NCBI GenBank assembly: GCA_963666985.2
Contig: CAXXIA010000002.1
Coordinates: 1,664,001 to 1,728,000 of the forward strand
Direction of reading: 5' to 3'
DNA: 64,000 nucleotides
Source of the DNA: Spirochaetia bacterium
GTDB taxonomy: Bacteria > Spirochaetota > Spirochaetia > DSM-2461
Shown here: piece by piece, positions 30,425-40,804 of the stretch
How the letters are laid out: each line of letters starts with the position of its first letter
Position numbering within the stretch: position 1 is the stretch's first letter
Notes under the pieces: generated by a model
Seen by the model: only the letters and a program-made list of their open reading frames with translations
Told to the model about the DNA's origin: nothing
The model's database searches: none
Made by a program: the position numbers and the translations under genes

Positions 30425-30886
30425 ATGCTCAACATTCGATTTCTGTACACGCTTCTCGATTCGAATTTCATCCGTGTTTTTCTCGGCCTGGCCGCCGTTA
30501 TCGGTATCGGTGTTCTGGCGGATATCATCATTATTCTGAAGCTTTCTCTTCTCATCGGCCCGTGGATAACCATGGCTATTCTCTCGGCCAATGCGGTCTT
30601 GGGAATACGAATCGCTTATAGTCTGACTGACCGATGTAAACAATCAATTATGGAAACCGTCGGCAGAGGCCGCGGTGATCATGATCAATTCTTCCGGTAC
30701 TTAGCAACCCTTATCACCTCTCTCTTTCTCGTCGTACCCGGATTCATCAACACAATCGCCGGGGCCGTTCTTCTTATTCCGGCCGTTTCGATTCGTTTTG
30801 GGAAAAAAACGGCTGAAATTCTGGGAATCGATTGGCGGGAAGCCTACGAATATCTCCGGCTCGACGGAATCGCGGGAAATAACTGA
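30425..30886 (+). CDS. FxsA family membrane protein
   Basis: LIGPWIT, LVVPGFINTIAGAVLLIP. Confidence 0.75.
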   Translation: MLNIRFLYTLLDSNFIRVFLGLAAVIGIGVLADIIIILKLSLLIGPWITMAILSANAVLGIRIAYSLTDRCKQSIMETVGRGRGDHDQFFRYLATLITSLFLVVPGFINTIAGAVLLIPAVSIRFGKKTAEILGIDWREAYEYLRLDGIAGNN

Positions 30887-31069
30887 ATTCCTAAAACGAA
30901 TACCGGAGTAACCGCTCGCTCTTTGAATTCCCTTCAATAAAGCTTCATATTTAAATCATTGTTTCTTGAAATCACCCCGCTATATTAAAAAGAACCATCT
31001 GTGAATGTTTCTTTCTGCTCATCTCTCCACCCGCCGATATTTAAAAATTGTTTACGGAGAAAATCCTTT

Positions 31070-32179
31070 ATGTACCGCGTTCTTGTTCACGGATCCGATG
31101 AGCGTGAATACCGCTCTCTTAAAGATGTCCTGCCGGACAACATCAAGCTGAACTACATAATTGATCGAAATCGTCTTTTAAATATGGTCGATGAGGACAT
31201 TCACGGCATCGTCCTGCGTTTTTCAAATCCGGATTACACCGATTTAACCTTTGTAAAAAAGGTTTCTGATTCGATCGGATTTGCCGGGGTGATCGTTGTT
31301 GTCAGCGGGGTTACACCCGCTCAGGCCGTCAGCTGTATGCGAAACGGCGCTTACGACTGCTTTGTCGGTCCCCTCGACGGTGAAACGATCAGTCCTTGTT
31401 TGGTCAGAATGATTGATACATCTTTTTCTATGGAACAAAAGAAAACAGCGACTTTTATTTCCGGAGACAGTCGAATCATGGCCGATCTCAGGAAGCGGCT
31501 TGTTCTACTGGCGAAGGATTCACACCCGGTTTTGATAACAGGAGAAACGGGGAGCGGGAAAGACCTCGCGGCAAGAACGATACACATGACAAGCTCCCGC
31601 CGTGAAGAACCCTTTATAGCCGTAAATTGCGCGGCTTATACGGATGAGTTACTCCGATCGGAGTTATTCGGTTCACTGCGCGGCGCCTATACCGATTCCA
31701 CCGATCGTCCCGGTCTTTTTGAAAGCTCACACGGCGGCACTCTGTTTCTGGATGAAATCGGCGAATTAAGCCCTTGCTGCCAGAGCGCTCTTTTAAGAAT
31801 TATTGAAGACGGAACGATTCGAAGAATGGGTGGCGTGAAAACCAAACATGTCGATGTAAGGATTATCGCCGCGACGAACAGAAACATTGATGAGGCGATT
31901 CAATCGGGAACCTTTCGCCGGGATCTTTACTACCGCTTAAGTCAATTAGCCGTAAATATTCCTCCCCTCAGGAAACACCGGGAAGACATACCCCGACTTG
32001 TTCGGGAATATCTTAAAAAAAACAATCCTCAAAGCCGATGGAAAATTGATTCGGCCGCCATGGCGAAATTAATCCGTTATTCCTGGCCGGGAAACGTAAG
32101 AGAGCTCCAATCGGTTGTTCTGAATGCATCTCTTTCCGCCAAAGAGCACATTATCAGATCAAAGAATATAGTCCTTTAA
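31070..32179 (+). CDS. Atypical sigma54-interaction (NtrC-like AAA+) regulator with pseudo-receiver and no HTH
   Basis: GETGSGKD, VNCAA, SELFG, GAYTDS, LFLDEIGE, RRDLYYRL, WPGNVREL; stops 22 residues later. Confidence 0.85.
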   Translation: MYRVLVHGSDEREYRSLKDVLPDNIKLNYIIDRNRLLNMVDEDIHGIVLRFSNPDYTDLTFVKKVSDSIGFAGVIVVVSGVTPAQAVSCMRNGAYDCFVGPLDGETISPCLVRMIDTSFSMEQKKTATFISGDSRIMADLRKRLVLLAKDSHPVLITGETGSGKDLAARTIHMTSSRREEPFIAVNCAAYTDELLRSELFGSLRGAYTDSTDRPGLFESSHGGTLFLDEIGELSPCCQSALLRIIEDGTIRRMGGVKTKHVDVRIIAATNRNIDEAIQSGTFRRDLYYRLSQLAVNIPPLRKHREDIPRLVREYLKKNNPQSRWKIDSAAMAKLIRYSWPGNVRELQSVVLNASLSAKEHIIRSKNIVL

Positions 32180-32200
32180 AAAATAAAGCCGGGCTACAGG

Positions 32201-32650
32201 TTAGTGAAGAACCCGATAATCAACCATTTCGGCCGTCGGGATACCGATTTCCTCATTTATTCCCAATAATTTCACCGCTACAAGCAATCGGCTCCCTTGA
32301 GGAACGTAATTATCCGCCGGATTTTGGGGTTTGGCGTCGGGAAAAACATCAAGCCACTTCTCGCCTTCAAAAAGAATCATGCAGGAATACGATCGGACCT
32401 CATCGGTTCCAATCCAGGCCCCGCCGACAAGAGTAACCCACACCCGGGAAACATCACCGCTTGAATCGATTTCCGAATCACCGATAAGTCCTTCAAGAAT
32501 AACGATTCTGCCGTCTTCAACAGCTTCCGCAACAATCTTCGGATCATCTAGCGACGACAGTTCTATTCCGAAATCAACAACCGAATCAAAGCCTTCCGCC
32601 CAAACGGCCGAAGAGAATAGAATCAGCAGGGCCGCCGGTATAAATTTCAT
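32201..32650 (-). CDS. Hypothetical exported protein
   Basis: Signal peptide ending AVWA; 149 aa. Confidence 0.7.
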   Translation of the reverse strand: MKFIPAALLILFSSAVWAEGFDSVVDFGIELSSLDDPKIVAEAVEDGRIVILEGLIGDSEIDSSGDVSRVWVTLVGGAWIGTDEVRSYSCMILFEGEKWLDVFPDAKPQNPADNYVPQGSRLLVAVKLLGINEEIGIPTAEMVDYRVLH

Positions 32651-32822
32651 TGGTTACCCCCACCTAATGATACATTTCAATGTCTCTCGGCTTCAACTCG
32701 AACATACGGGTTGAGAAACCTTCATAAATTCCCGTATAATGATAACATAACGGAAGTTTGTTTGACAAAGAATCCGGCGTTACCTACAATACTGTGAAGG
32801 ATTCCATCGCATAGGGTGCAAA

Positions 32823-33377
32823 ATGGCTAATAACAACGAACTCGTCAATGGATTCGATATCGAAAAAGACGACAGCCTAAAAATACGGCTACAGAAAATT
32901 GATTCGGTCAAAGGCTGTCTTGTACTCTATTTGACCGGTTATATCGATACCTACAATTCCAACCTGTTTCAGAAAAGAGTTACGAAAGCCATAGAAGCCG
33001 GCTACAGTAAACTCATCTTTCATTGCGGAAGCCTTACCTATGTTTCCAGTACGGGTATAGGATCGTTTACCCACTTTCTGAAAGCCGTAAAGCCGCGCGG
33101 CGGCGACTTGGTCCTTTTGGAAATCCAGCCGAAAGTGTACGAGGTGTTCCAGCTCCTCGGATTCAGTCAATTTTTCAATATAAAAGATAACCTCGATGAA
33201 GCCGTTTCGTTCTTCAGTTCGGACGGTGATATAAAATCGGATGATGTTTTTCCGAAAATCTTCCGCTGCCCCATTTGTTCCAAGAAACTTAAAGCCACGA
33301 AAGCGGGAAGATTTCGCTGCAGCGAGTGTAAAACCATCCTGGCTATCGACAACTCAGGACAAGTATTTCTGGGATAA
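32823..33377 (+). CDS. STAS-domain anti-sigma factor antagonist with C-terminal Zn ribbon
   Basis: LTGYIDTYNS, YVSSTGIG, VFQLLGF; CPIC...CSEC; upstream TTGACA-17-TACAAT promoter. Confidence 0.88.
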   Translation: MANNNELVNGFDIEKDDSLKIRLQKIDSVKGCLVLYLTGYIDTYNSNLFQKRVTKAIEAGYSKLIFHCGSLTYVSSTGIGSFTHFLKAVKPRGGDLVLLEIQPKVYEVFQLLGFSQFFNIKDNLDEAVSFFSSDGDIKSDDVFPKIFRCPICSKKLKATKAGRFRCSECKTILAIDNSGQVFLG

Positions 33378-33408
33378 AATAATACGGAAAAAACAACTTT
33401 CACAAAAC

Positions 33409-33436
33409 AAACCGTTCCTTTGCGGACGGTTTTTTG
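33409..33436 (+). terminator. Intrinsic terminator after STAS gene
   Basis: AAACCGTTC..GGACGGTTT stem followed by T run. Confidence 0.7.
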
Positions 33437-33441
33437 TTTCT

Positions 33442-33677
33442 TGTGAATAACCTGTGGATAAACGAATAAGATTATGAAAAATAAGGAAATAGCCGGTTCG
33501 GTCAAAAATATCCGAACTGTATCATAAAAAGTACGTTAATGTGGTTTTTTAAATAAATCCTTATCTAAAAGCAAAATATCTTTAGTGTCGTTTGAATATA
33601 TTCAAAATTTATTAAAGAATTAACACTAATTACATACCGATGAAATCATTAATTCCGTGTGAATAACCTGTGGATAA
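33442..33677. promoter_or_regulatory. Satellite DnaA-box cluster A
   Basis: Exact 20-bp repeat TGTGAATAACCTGTGGATAA at 33442-33461 and 33658-33677 with AT-rich spacer. Confidence 0.8.
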
Positions 33678-33684
33678 GTGATTT

Positions 33685-34974
33685 TCAGCATTCCTCGTCA
33701 CCATATCGCTCAATATGGGCTCCCAGCGAACATAACCTTTCGGTAAGATTCTCGTATCCCCGTTCAATTTGATAAACGTTCTTTATCTCACTCCGGCCCT
33801 GCGCCGCCATTGCCGCAATAACCATCGCCATGCCCGCTCTAACGTCGGGCGAGGTTAATTCCGCCGCTCTAAGCCGTCTGGGTCCCGTAACGACGGCCCT
33901 GTGCGGATCACAAAGAATAATCCCCGCTCCCATGGTTATCAGTTTGTCGACAAAGAACATCCGCGATTCAAACATCTTCTCATGGATTAAAACCGTGCCT
34001 TCCACCTGCGTGGCGACAACCGTGATGATGCTGGTCAGATCGGGGGGAAATCCCGGCCAGGGCGCGTCGTCTATCTGCGGAATCATGCCGCCCATATCGA
34101 AAACAACCTTTCTTTCCTGCGCGGACGGCACGATTATTTCATTCCCTTCCGTATTCCAGCGGATACCGAGCTTCCCAAAAGCAATGCGGCACATCCGAAG
34201 ATGTTCGGGGTCGGCGTCTTCAATAACAATCTCTCCGCCGGTGGCCGCGGCAAGCCCGATAAAGGAACCGACTTCCATGAAATCGGCGCCGATTCGATAA
34301 GAACATCCTCCAAGCGCGGAAACACCCCGTATACGGAGAATATTGGATCCGATTCCATCGATTCTGGCCCCCATGGCATTCAAAAACCTGCACAAGTCCT
34401 GAATGTGCGGTTCACTGGCGGCATTCCGAATGATGGTTTCTCCTTCGGCCTTCACGGCGGCCATCAGGGCGTTCTCCGTGGCCGTAACCGAAGCTTCGTC
34501 TAAAAATAAATCCCGTCCGACAAGCTTGTTCGCCGTAATAATATAGCGGCCGTTCACGTCGACCGTCGCACCGAGTCCCTTAAGCGCCAAAAAATGAGTA
34601 TCAAGACGCCTGCGGCCGATAACGTCGCCTCCGGGCGGCGGAAGAACCACCCGTCCGGATCGGCCGAGCATGGGTCCGGCGAACAATATTGAAGCGCGAA
34701 TTTTTCCCGCGGATTCCTCCGGTATTTCCGTCCCGGTTACCGCGGTGCAGCAGATTTCCCACTCTCCGGGTCCTTTTCCGTCAACCCTGGCTCCCAGGGC
34801 ACGGAGGATGTCCAGCATGACGTTAACGTCTTCAATATCGGGAATATTCGTCAGAAGAACCGGTTCATCCGTTAACAGCGCCGCCGCAATACAGGGTAAA
34901 GCGGCATTTTTATTTCCGCTGGCTTTAATGCGGCCGCGTATGGGGTATCCGCCGTCGATAATGTATCGGGACAT
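33685..34974 (-). CDS. murA: UDP-N-acetylglucosamine 1-carboxyvinyltransferase
   Basis: [24 protein letters not shown] (Asp in place of the fosfomycin-target Cys), SVTATEN, PGFPPD, DVRAG, ERGYE. Confidence 0.96.
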   Translation of the reverse strand: MSRYIIDGGYPIRGRIKASGNKNAALPCIAAALLTDEPVLLTNIPDIEDVNVMLDILRALGARVDGKGPGEWEICCTAVTGTEIPEESAGKIRASILFAGPMLGRSGRVVLPPPGGDVIGRRRLDTHFLALKGLGATVDVNGRYIITANKLVGRDLFLDEASVTATENALMAAVKAEGETIIRNAASEPHIQDLCRFLNAMGARIDGIGSNILRIRGVSALGGCSYRIGADFMEVGSFIGLAAATGGEIVIEDADPEHLRMCRIAFGKLGIRWNTEGNEIIVPSAQERKVVFDMGGMIPQIDDAPWPGFPPDLTSIITVVATQVEGTVLIHEKMFESRMFFVDKLITMGAGIILCDPHRAVVTGPRRLRAAELTSPDVRAGMAMVIAAMAAQGRSEIKNVYQIERGYENLTERLCSLGAHIERYGDEEC

Positions 34975-35162
34975 GATTCAGAGGCTACATGCCCTTATCC
35001 CGGAGGTCAATGCCTCCGGATTCGGCGGAGTCCATAGCCATGGAAATACCGTAATCGTCCGGCTGTTCACCCTCTGGAAACGAAACCGGCTAAAAAGCTA
35101 TCATAGACCGACTTCATGTCCATTTTCTCAGTGAGAGTCTCTCTCAATTAAAGGATTATTTC

Positions 35163-36551
35163 ATGCCCGTGATGAAATTCGGCGGCAGTTCCCTCGCCGA
35201 CTCAATACGTATCAAATCCGTTGCGGATATCATCCTTAACCGTGCGGCACAAGATGGAAAACCGCCGGTTGTCGTCGTATCGGCCATGAAAGGCGTTACG
35301 AACGCCTTGATCGGCGCGTCACAGGCCGCCGAAAGAGGCGATCGGTCTTTTGTCAAACTCCTGGAAGAACTGAAAGCCAAGCATAGAATCGCCATCGAAG
35401 AACTCGTGTCTTCTCCGGATTCCCAAAAAGGGCTTGTTTCGGAAACCGACGGCATTCTCGAAGAAGCGGGAGATATTTTGCACGGCGTGGAACTCGTTCG
35501 GGAGTGTTCTCCTCGAACCGGCGACTTGATTTCGGGGTTTGGAGAACGTCTGAGCAGCCTTATTCTCGCGGCTCATCTTGTTGATCGCGGAGAAAAGGCC
35601 GAAGCGGTCGACGCCCGCCAAATCATCCGTACGGATGATACTCACGGCCGCGCCCTTGTCGATTTCGAAACAACGGGTACTCTGGTGAGAAATCGTTTAT
35701 CCGAAATTTCCGGAATACCCATCGTAACCGGATTCATCGCGTCCACCGAAAACGGCGTAGCGACAACCCTCGGCCGCAACGGCAGCGATTACACGGCAAC
35801 CATACTCGGTGCCGCGCTGAATACCGATTCTGTGGAAATCTGGACGGACGTTGACGGCATTCTCACCGCCGATCCACGGATTGTTCCCGATGCCTGGATG
35901 ATTAAGGAAATCAGTTTTCAGGAAGCGATGGAACTCTCCTTCTTCGGGGCGGAGGTTATCCATCCTTATACTCTGGTTCCCGTTATTGAAAAAAACATTC
36001 CGATTTATATAAAGAATACCTATAATTCCGCCTCTCCCGGTACGCGTATCGCCGGAGATGTGGCGCCGAAAGATCGGCCCATTACCGGTATCGCCGCCAT
36101 AGACGAGGTTGCCATGATTACCATTGAAGGAGGCGGGATGGTCGGCATGCCCGGCATTGCCGGGCGAATTTTTGCTTCGGTTGCCGCAACCGGGGTTAAT
36201 GTCATCATGATTTCCCAAGCTTCTTCGGAACACAGCATCTGCTTCGTCTGCCGAAAGGACGAGGCCGAGAAAGCCGCAAAAGTTCTTCGGGACGACTTGG
36301 CCGACGCCTTTTCCTCTTCCGTTGTGCGTGATATCAAGTTCCTCGACGGTTTGAATGTCGTGGCGGTAATCGGTGAAAATATGCGCGGACGCGTCGGCTT
36401 GAGCGGAAAACTGTTCAGTGCCCTCGGTAACGCGGGTGTGAATATCCTGGCTATCGCTCAAGGTTCAACCGAGCTGAATATATCCTTTGTTATCGACGGT
36501 GCGGATAAAAATGCCGCGATTACCGCCATTCATCGGGCTTTCATCGGCTAG
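35163..36551 (+). CDS. Aspartate kinase (kinase plus two ACT domains)
   Basis: MKFGGSS, VVSAM, GERLSS, TLGRNGSDY, WTDVDG, QASSE, QGSTE. Confidence 0.93.
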   Translation: MPVMKFGGSSLADSIRIKSVADIILNRAAQDGKPPVVVVSAMKGVTNALIGASQAAERGDRSFVKLLEELKAKHRIAIEELVSSPDSQKGLVSETDGILEEAGDILHGVELVRECSPRTGDLISGFGERLSSLILAAHLVDRGEKAEAVDARQIIRTDDTHGRALVDFETTGTLVRNRLSEISGIPIVTGFIASTENGVATTLGRNGSDYTATILGAALNTDSVEIWTDVDGILTADPRIVPDAWMIKEISFQEAMELSFFGAEVIHPYTLVPVIEKNIPIYIKNTYNSASPGTRIAGDVAPKDRPITGIAAIDEVAMITIEGGGMVGMPGIAGRIFASVAATGVNVIMISQASSEHSICFVCRKDEAEKAAKVLRDDLADAFSSSVVRDIKFLDGLNVVAVIGENMRGRVGLSGKLFSALGNAGVNILAIAQGSTELNISFVIDGADKNAAITAIHRAFIG

Positions 36552-36587
36552 CTTCCGCCGCTTACCCAACCGGGGGGTCAAAAAAAC

Positions 36588-37883
36588 ATGAATTTCGTAA
36601 GCACTCGTAATCACAAAAAATCCGTAAGTTTCACAGAAGCCCTGTTTCGCGGTCTCGCGCCGGACGGCGGTCTTTACATTCCCGAACACACGCCGAACCT
36701 TACAGGTCTCTTCGAGACTCTTTCGGAGGATATTCCGTTCAACGATCTTTCCACATCTCTCCTCCGGACTCTGCTGGAGCCGGAAATAAGCGCCCAAACC
36801 GCCGAAAGCATTGTTAAGGACGCCTTTAACTTCGAACCGGTTCTCGTACCCGCCGCCGAAGGAATCACGGTTCTGGAGCTTTTTCACGGGCCGAGCTGCG
36901 CTTTTAAAGACTTCGGCGCCTCCTTTCTGGCCTCGGCGATGAATCGGCTTCTGGCCGGCAGAAACGAGCGTGCGATAATCGTTACGGCGACAAGCGGAGA
37001 TACCGGAAGCGCCGTGGCTCAGGCCTTTCACGGCAAGGACAGAATCGATGTGGTGATTCTCTATCCATCCGGAAGGGTTAGTCCCCTGCAGGAAAAGCAG
37101 CTCACCACGCTCGGCGGAAACGTAACGGCTTTGGAGGTAGGCGGCACTTTCGACGACTGCCAGAGAATGGCAAAAGCGGCCTTTACCGATCCGAAGCTCG
37201 CCGATCTCCCCTTAAGCTCCGCCAATTCCATCAATCTGGGCCGCCTGATTCCTCAGTCCTTCTATTATGTCTGGGCCTGGACACGGTTGCGCGGCGGCGG
37301 CGATTTCGCCTTCGTGGTGCCCAGCGGCAACTTCGGCAATATAACGGCCGGTCTTTATGCCGCCGCCTGGGGAATGCCCGTTACGCGCTTCGTCGCGGCG
37401 ACCAACGCCAATGATGTTGTCCCCGAATATCTCCGAACCGGCAATTATCGTCCCAGACCGTCGATTCCCACATTATCGAACGCCATGGATGTCGGCGCTC
37501 CGAGCAACTACGAACGGCTCGATCGGCTTTATGAAAGCAATGTGGAAATCTTCCGGAAACATGTGGAAGCTTGGTCGGTCGATGATTCGGAAACAAAAAA
37601 GACAATCGCCCGGGTTTACCGGGATTTCGGCTACCTCTGCTGTCCGCATACCGCCGTCGGATGGCGGGCGGCCGAAATGTACAGGGAAGAAAATCCGGGT
37701 GTTCCCGCCGTGGTTCTCTCCACGGCTCATCCGGGAAAATTCGTCGAGGTTGTTGAGGACGCTACCGGCGAGCGGCCTTCGCTTCCTCCGGCTTTGGCTT
37801 CGCTCTTGGAAAAAAAGAAAGAATCGATTCTTATCGGAAACCGGAATGAAGAACTTGCGGAGTGGCTGCTGAAGCGTTTCTAA
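36588..37883 (+). CDS. thrC: Threonine synthase
   Basis: GLAPDGGLY, LELFHGPSCAFKDFG, ATSGDTG, SANSIN, VPSGNFG, TAHPGKF. Confidence 0.95.
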   Translation: MNFVSTRNHKKSVSFTEALFRGLAPDGGLYIPEHTPNLTGLFETLSEDIPFNDLSTSLLRTLLEPEISAQTAESIVKDAFNFEPVLVPAAEGITVLELFHGPSCAFKDFGASFLASAMNRLLAGRNERAIIVTATSGDTGSAVAQAFHGKDRIDVVILYPSGRVSPLQEKQLTTLGGNVTALEVGGTFDDCQRMAKAAFTDPKLADLPLSSANSINLGRLIPQSFYYVWAWTRLRGGGDFAFVVPSGNFGNITAGLYAAAWGMPVTRFVAATNANDVVPEYLRTGNYRPRPSIPTLSNAMDVGAPSNYERLDRLYESNVEIFRKHVEAWSVDDSETKKTIARVYRDFGYLCCPHTAVGWRAAEMYREENPGVPAVVLSTAHPGKFVEVVEDATGERPSLPPALASLLEKKKESILIGNRNEELAEWLLKRF

Positions 37884-38120
37884 CCGCATTCGGCCGCGAT
37901 GTTGGCGGGCCGAATACCGGGTTTTCGATTATGACCGTCCGCCCCGGCGGGACCGGAACAGCTGTAATCCGGACTGTAAGCAAGCTGAAAACTCGACATT
38001 CGGCCTAAAAAAGGGCGCTAAGCCGGAACTTTTTCGAAAGCAAGGCAAATTTGCGCAAAGACGATATCTTGGGGACGATTCGGCGCGCGGATTTTTTCCG
38101 CGAAACGAACCGCATATTGC

Positions 38121-38918
38121 TTATCGCCTGCCGCGCGAGCGTCCCCGGGGCGCGCCTTTCGCCATAATTCGGACTCTTTTATAAAGACCTTCGCCTTCGC
38201 TTTTGGTCACAACATCATCCCGTTCGTTGATGGCCGTATGGATAAGCCGGCGTTCAAAAGGATTCATCGGCTCAAGAAGCCGGCTGGAACGGGTTCGGGC
38301 CGCCTCATCCGCCGCGCGATGAGCCATGCGGACAAGCGATTCTTCACGGCGGGCCCGATAGCCTTCGGTATCCAAAACAATTCGCCACGGAGCATCATCA
38401 CCGGCAACGCGATTCAGGTAAACATTTAACAACAGCTGCAGCGCATCGAGATTTTTTCCCTTCTTGCCGATGAGGATATTCGAAGAATCCGATGTTATTT
38501 CAAACACGGCCTTGGATTTATCCATTTCCTTGAACGCGACCTTTCCGGAATAGCCCATTCGCTCAATGATCCCTTCGGCGAACGCGATAAGGGATTCTTT
38601 GATTTCTTCGGAAGGAGGATCAACCGGTTCTTCCGGCTCTTCTTCCTCTTCAGCCGAAGGAGATATCGGAGGTTTCGGATCCATCGCCGCGCGATCGTTT
38701 TTAATCTTCGCCGCCGATCGATTCGTGCCGGAATTGCCCGGTCCCATGGGATCCGGAATGGTATCCAAGGTCCGGACGCGAATCCGCACCTTTCCTTTCC
38801 CGAAGATACCGCCGGTTTTCTCTAAAATTTCAACGTCGAAACTTTCACTTCCCAATTCCGCGGCGGCCTTGGCGATGGCCTCTCGTTCCGTCTTTCCTTC
38901 GAATTCCATTGCCGTCAT
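38121..38918 (-). CDS. jag: Jag/EloR RNA-binding protein (KH, R3H)
   Basis: FEGKTEREAI, LIGKKGKNLDALQ, PMNPFERRLIH. Confidence 0.92.
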   Translation of the reverse strand: MTAMEFEGKTEREAIAKAAAELGSESFDVEILEKTGGIFGKGKVRIRVRTLDTIPDPMGPGNSGTNRSAAKIKNDRAAMDPKPPISPSAEEEEEPEEPVDPPSEEIKESLIAFAEGIIERMGYSGKVAFKEMDKSKAVFEITSDSSNILIGKKGKNLDALQLLLNVYLNRVAGDDAPWRIVLDTEGYRARREESLVRMAHRAADEAARTRSSRLLEPMNPFERRLIHTAINERDDVVTKSEGEGLYKRVRIMAKGAPRGRSRGRR

Positions 38919-40726
38919 GCGGCACCTCCCGCGGCTTTGCGCTTCTTGATGTAGTTCGTAATAAGCTGCTGGCCGATTGTGATGAAGTTCATCGTCGTCC
39001 AATACAAAAGCAGTCCCGAGGGCATGTTGTATAGAATAAAGAAGAACATAATCGGCATTCCCAGAGTCATCATTTTCTGCTGCATTCCCGTCTGTCCGCC
39101 CACGGATCCCTGCTGGGTAACTTTTGTCATCAGCAGCTGACCGCCCAGATACAGAACCGGCAGCAGACGAATCGCATCATAGGTGTTTCCAAAAAAACTG
39201 ATGCCTTTTTCAAACTGAATAATATGCTCCGGCGCCGAAAGATCGGTAATCCAGCCCGGTATGAACGCGGCGCCGCGAAGCGGAAAGTACCGATTTAAAA
39301 GTCCGTAAAGCGCTATGAAAATCGGAAATTGGAAAAGCATGGGCAGACAGCCGCCCATGGGATTCACGCCTTCAGCCTTATAAAGTTCGGCGGTTTTCGC
39401 GTTCAGTTTCTGCGGATCGTCTTTGTATTGTTCCTGGAGCGCCTTGATTTTCGGCTGAATCGCCTGCATTTTACCGGTAGATTCGTAGCTTTTATGGGTA
39501 AAGGGGAAAAGTATGCCTTTAACCAAAATTGTAAGAAGAACGATGGCAACGCCGAAATTGGGAATCAGCTTATAAAACTGCTCCAAAAGCCAGCGCAGGA
39601 TGCTCTCAAGCCACCCAAGCCACGAACTCGTTTTGGGAGCGTTCTTTAATCCCAGCCCCGAAATACCGAAAGCATTATGTTCGGAAGAATCATAACGGCT
39701 CAAATTCGCCCGGTCCAGAGGACCGATATAAAACCGATAAACATCCTCTATGATGCTTTCTCTTCTGGCCGCTCGGGAAATTTGAAGACGGGAAGCCTGA
39801 TTTTGTCCGTCGGCCGGGCGGCCGTCCCAGGTAATTGTCGCGCTTCCGGAGCCCGGTTCAACGATAACGGCAAAATATTTGCCGACGACACCGGCCCAAT
39901 TCACCGTATTTTTCGTTTCGACAACGGATTCCCTATTTCTTCCGGAACGATAAATCTGTCTTTTCCATTTTCCGGTTTTCGGATCCGGACCCCAGCTGAC
40001 GTTATCCCTTATTTCGTAGCGTCCGTCGATTTTATCGAATTCAGGACCTATCTGCGGTCCGTAGGTAAGGGTATAGGCCGGCTCGTTTCCGTCCAGAAGA
40101 GGAACGGCTTTTCCGTCGGGAGTTTCCAAGATTACTCTGAGTTCGATCATGTACTCGCCGGGAATAATCCTGTAAATCTTCGAAAGAGTGAAAACCTGTC
40201 CGTCTTTCAAATAATTCCGTGAAAAACGAAGAATCTTTTCTTTCCCTTTCGTCGTTCTCTCAAAATCAAAGGCATCCGTTAAATAAGACGAATCATGGCC
40301 GCCGAAAGCAATGTTGAACGTTCCAACACCGCTCTCGCCGTCGAGAACCATGGAAATGGGTTTGCCGTCGTCCAGCTCTTTTTTAAGAAGAATTTCCTTC
40401 GCGACGCCCCCGGCGGTACTGAATTCGATTGTGAACAGATCCGTTTCTTCGACGATGGTCCGAATAGGATAATCCTGTTCGGGAAAATCAATTTTATTTA
40501 CGGAACCGGATGAATCACCTGCGGTGCCCGAAACCGCCGCCGATGAATCATCGGCCGCCGTATCGGCGACACCATCGGAAACCGGCCGGATATCATCAGA
40601 TTCCGGATTGTTGGAAGTTTCCGAGACCGGCGGGGCGTATTTCTCGTTGAGCATCTGGGTAATAAATGTTCCGGCGAAAAGAATCGCTCCCGCCAGGACA
40701 ATTGCTATTACCGTATTTTTTTCCAT
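38915..40726 (-). CDS. yidC: Membrane protein insertase
   Basis: NFGVAIVLLT, GVNPMGGCLP, WITDLSAPE, PSGLLLYW. Confidence 0.95.
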   Translation of the reverse strand: MEKNTVIAIVLAGAILFAGTFITQMLNEKYAPPVSETSNNPESDDIRPVSDGVADTAADDSSAAVSGTAGDSSGSVNKIDFPEQDYPIRTIVEETDLFTIEFSTAGGVAKEILLKKELDDGKPISMVLDGESGVGTFNIAFGGHDSSYLTDAFDFERTTKGKEKILRFSRNYLKDGQVFTLSKIYRIIPGEYMIELRVILETPDGKAVPLLDGNEPAYTLTYGPQIGPEFDKIDGRYEIRDNVSWGPDPKTGKWKRQIYRSGRNRESVVETKNTVNWAGVVGKYFAVIVEPGSGSATITWDGRPADGQNQASRLQISRAARRESIIEDVYRFYIGPLDRANLSRYDSSEHNAFGISGLGLKNAPKTSSWLGWLESILRWLLEQFYKLIPNFGVAIVLLTILVKGILFPFTHKSYESTGKMQAIQPKIKALQEQYKDDPQKLNAKTAELYKAEGVNPMGGCLPMLFQFPIFIALYGLLNRYFPLRGAAFIPGWITDLSAPEHIIQFEKGISFFGNTYDAIRLLPVLYLGGQLLMTKVTQQGSVGGQTGMQQKMMTLGMPIMFFFILYNMPSGLLLYWTTMNFITIGQQLITNYIKKRKAAGGAA

Positions 40727-40804
40727 GTATTCCTCCGAGGAATCAAGCGTCCCGCCGCACCGTTTGAAAAAACGGATCGGTTTACCGACAGCGGCGGCGG
40801 ATAA

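Noticed and set aside
33442..33677. CRISPR-like direct repeat
   Set aside because: Only two 20-bp copies 216 bp apart, composed of DnaA boxes; no cas genes
35163..37883. Aspartate kinase lacking a homoserine dehydrogenase domain next to thrC
   Set aside because: Monofunctional kinases are common; hom and thrB may lie elsewhere in the genome
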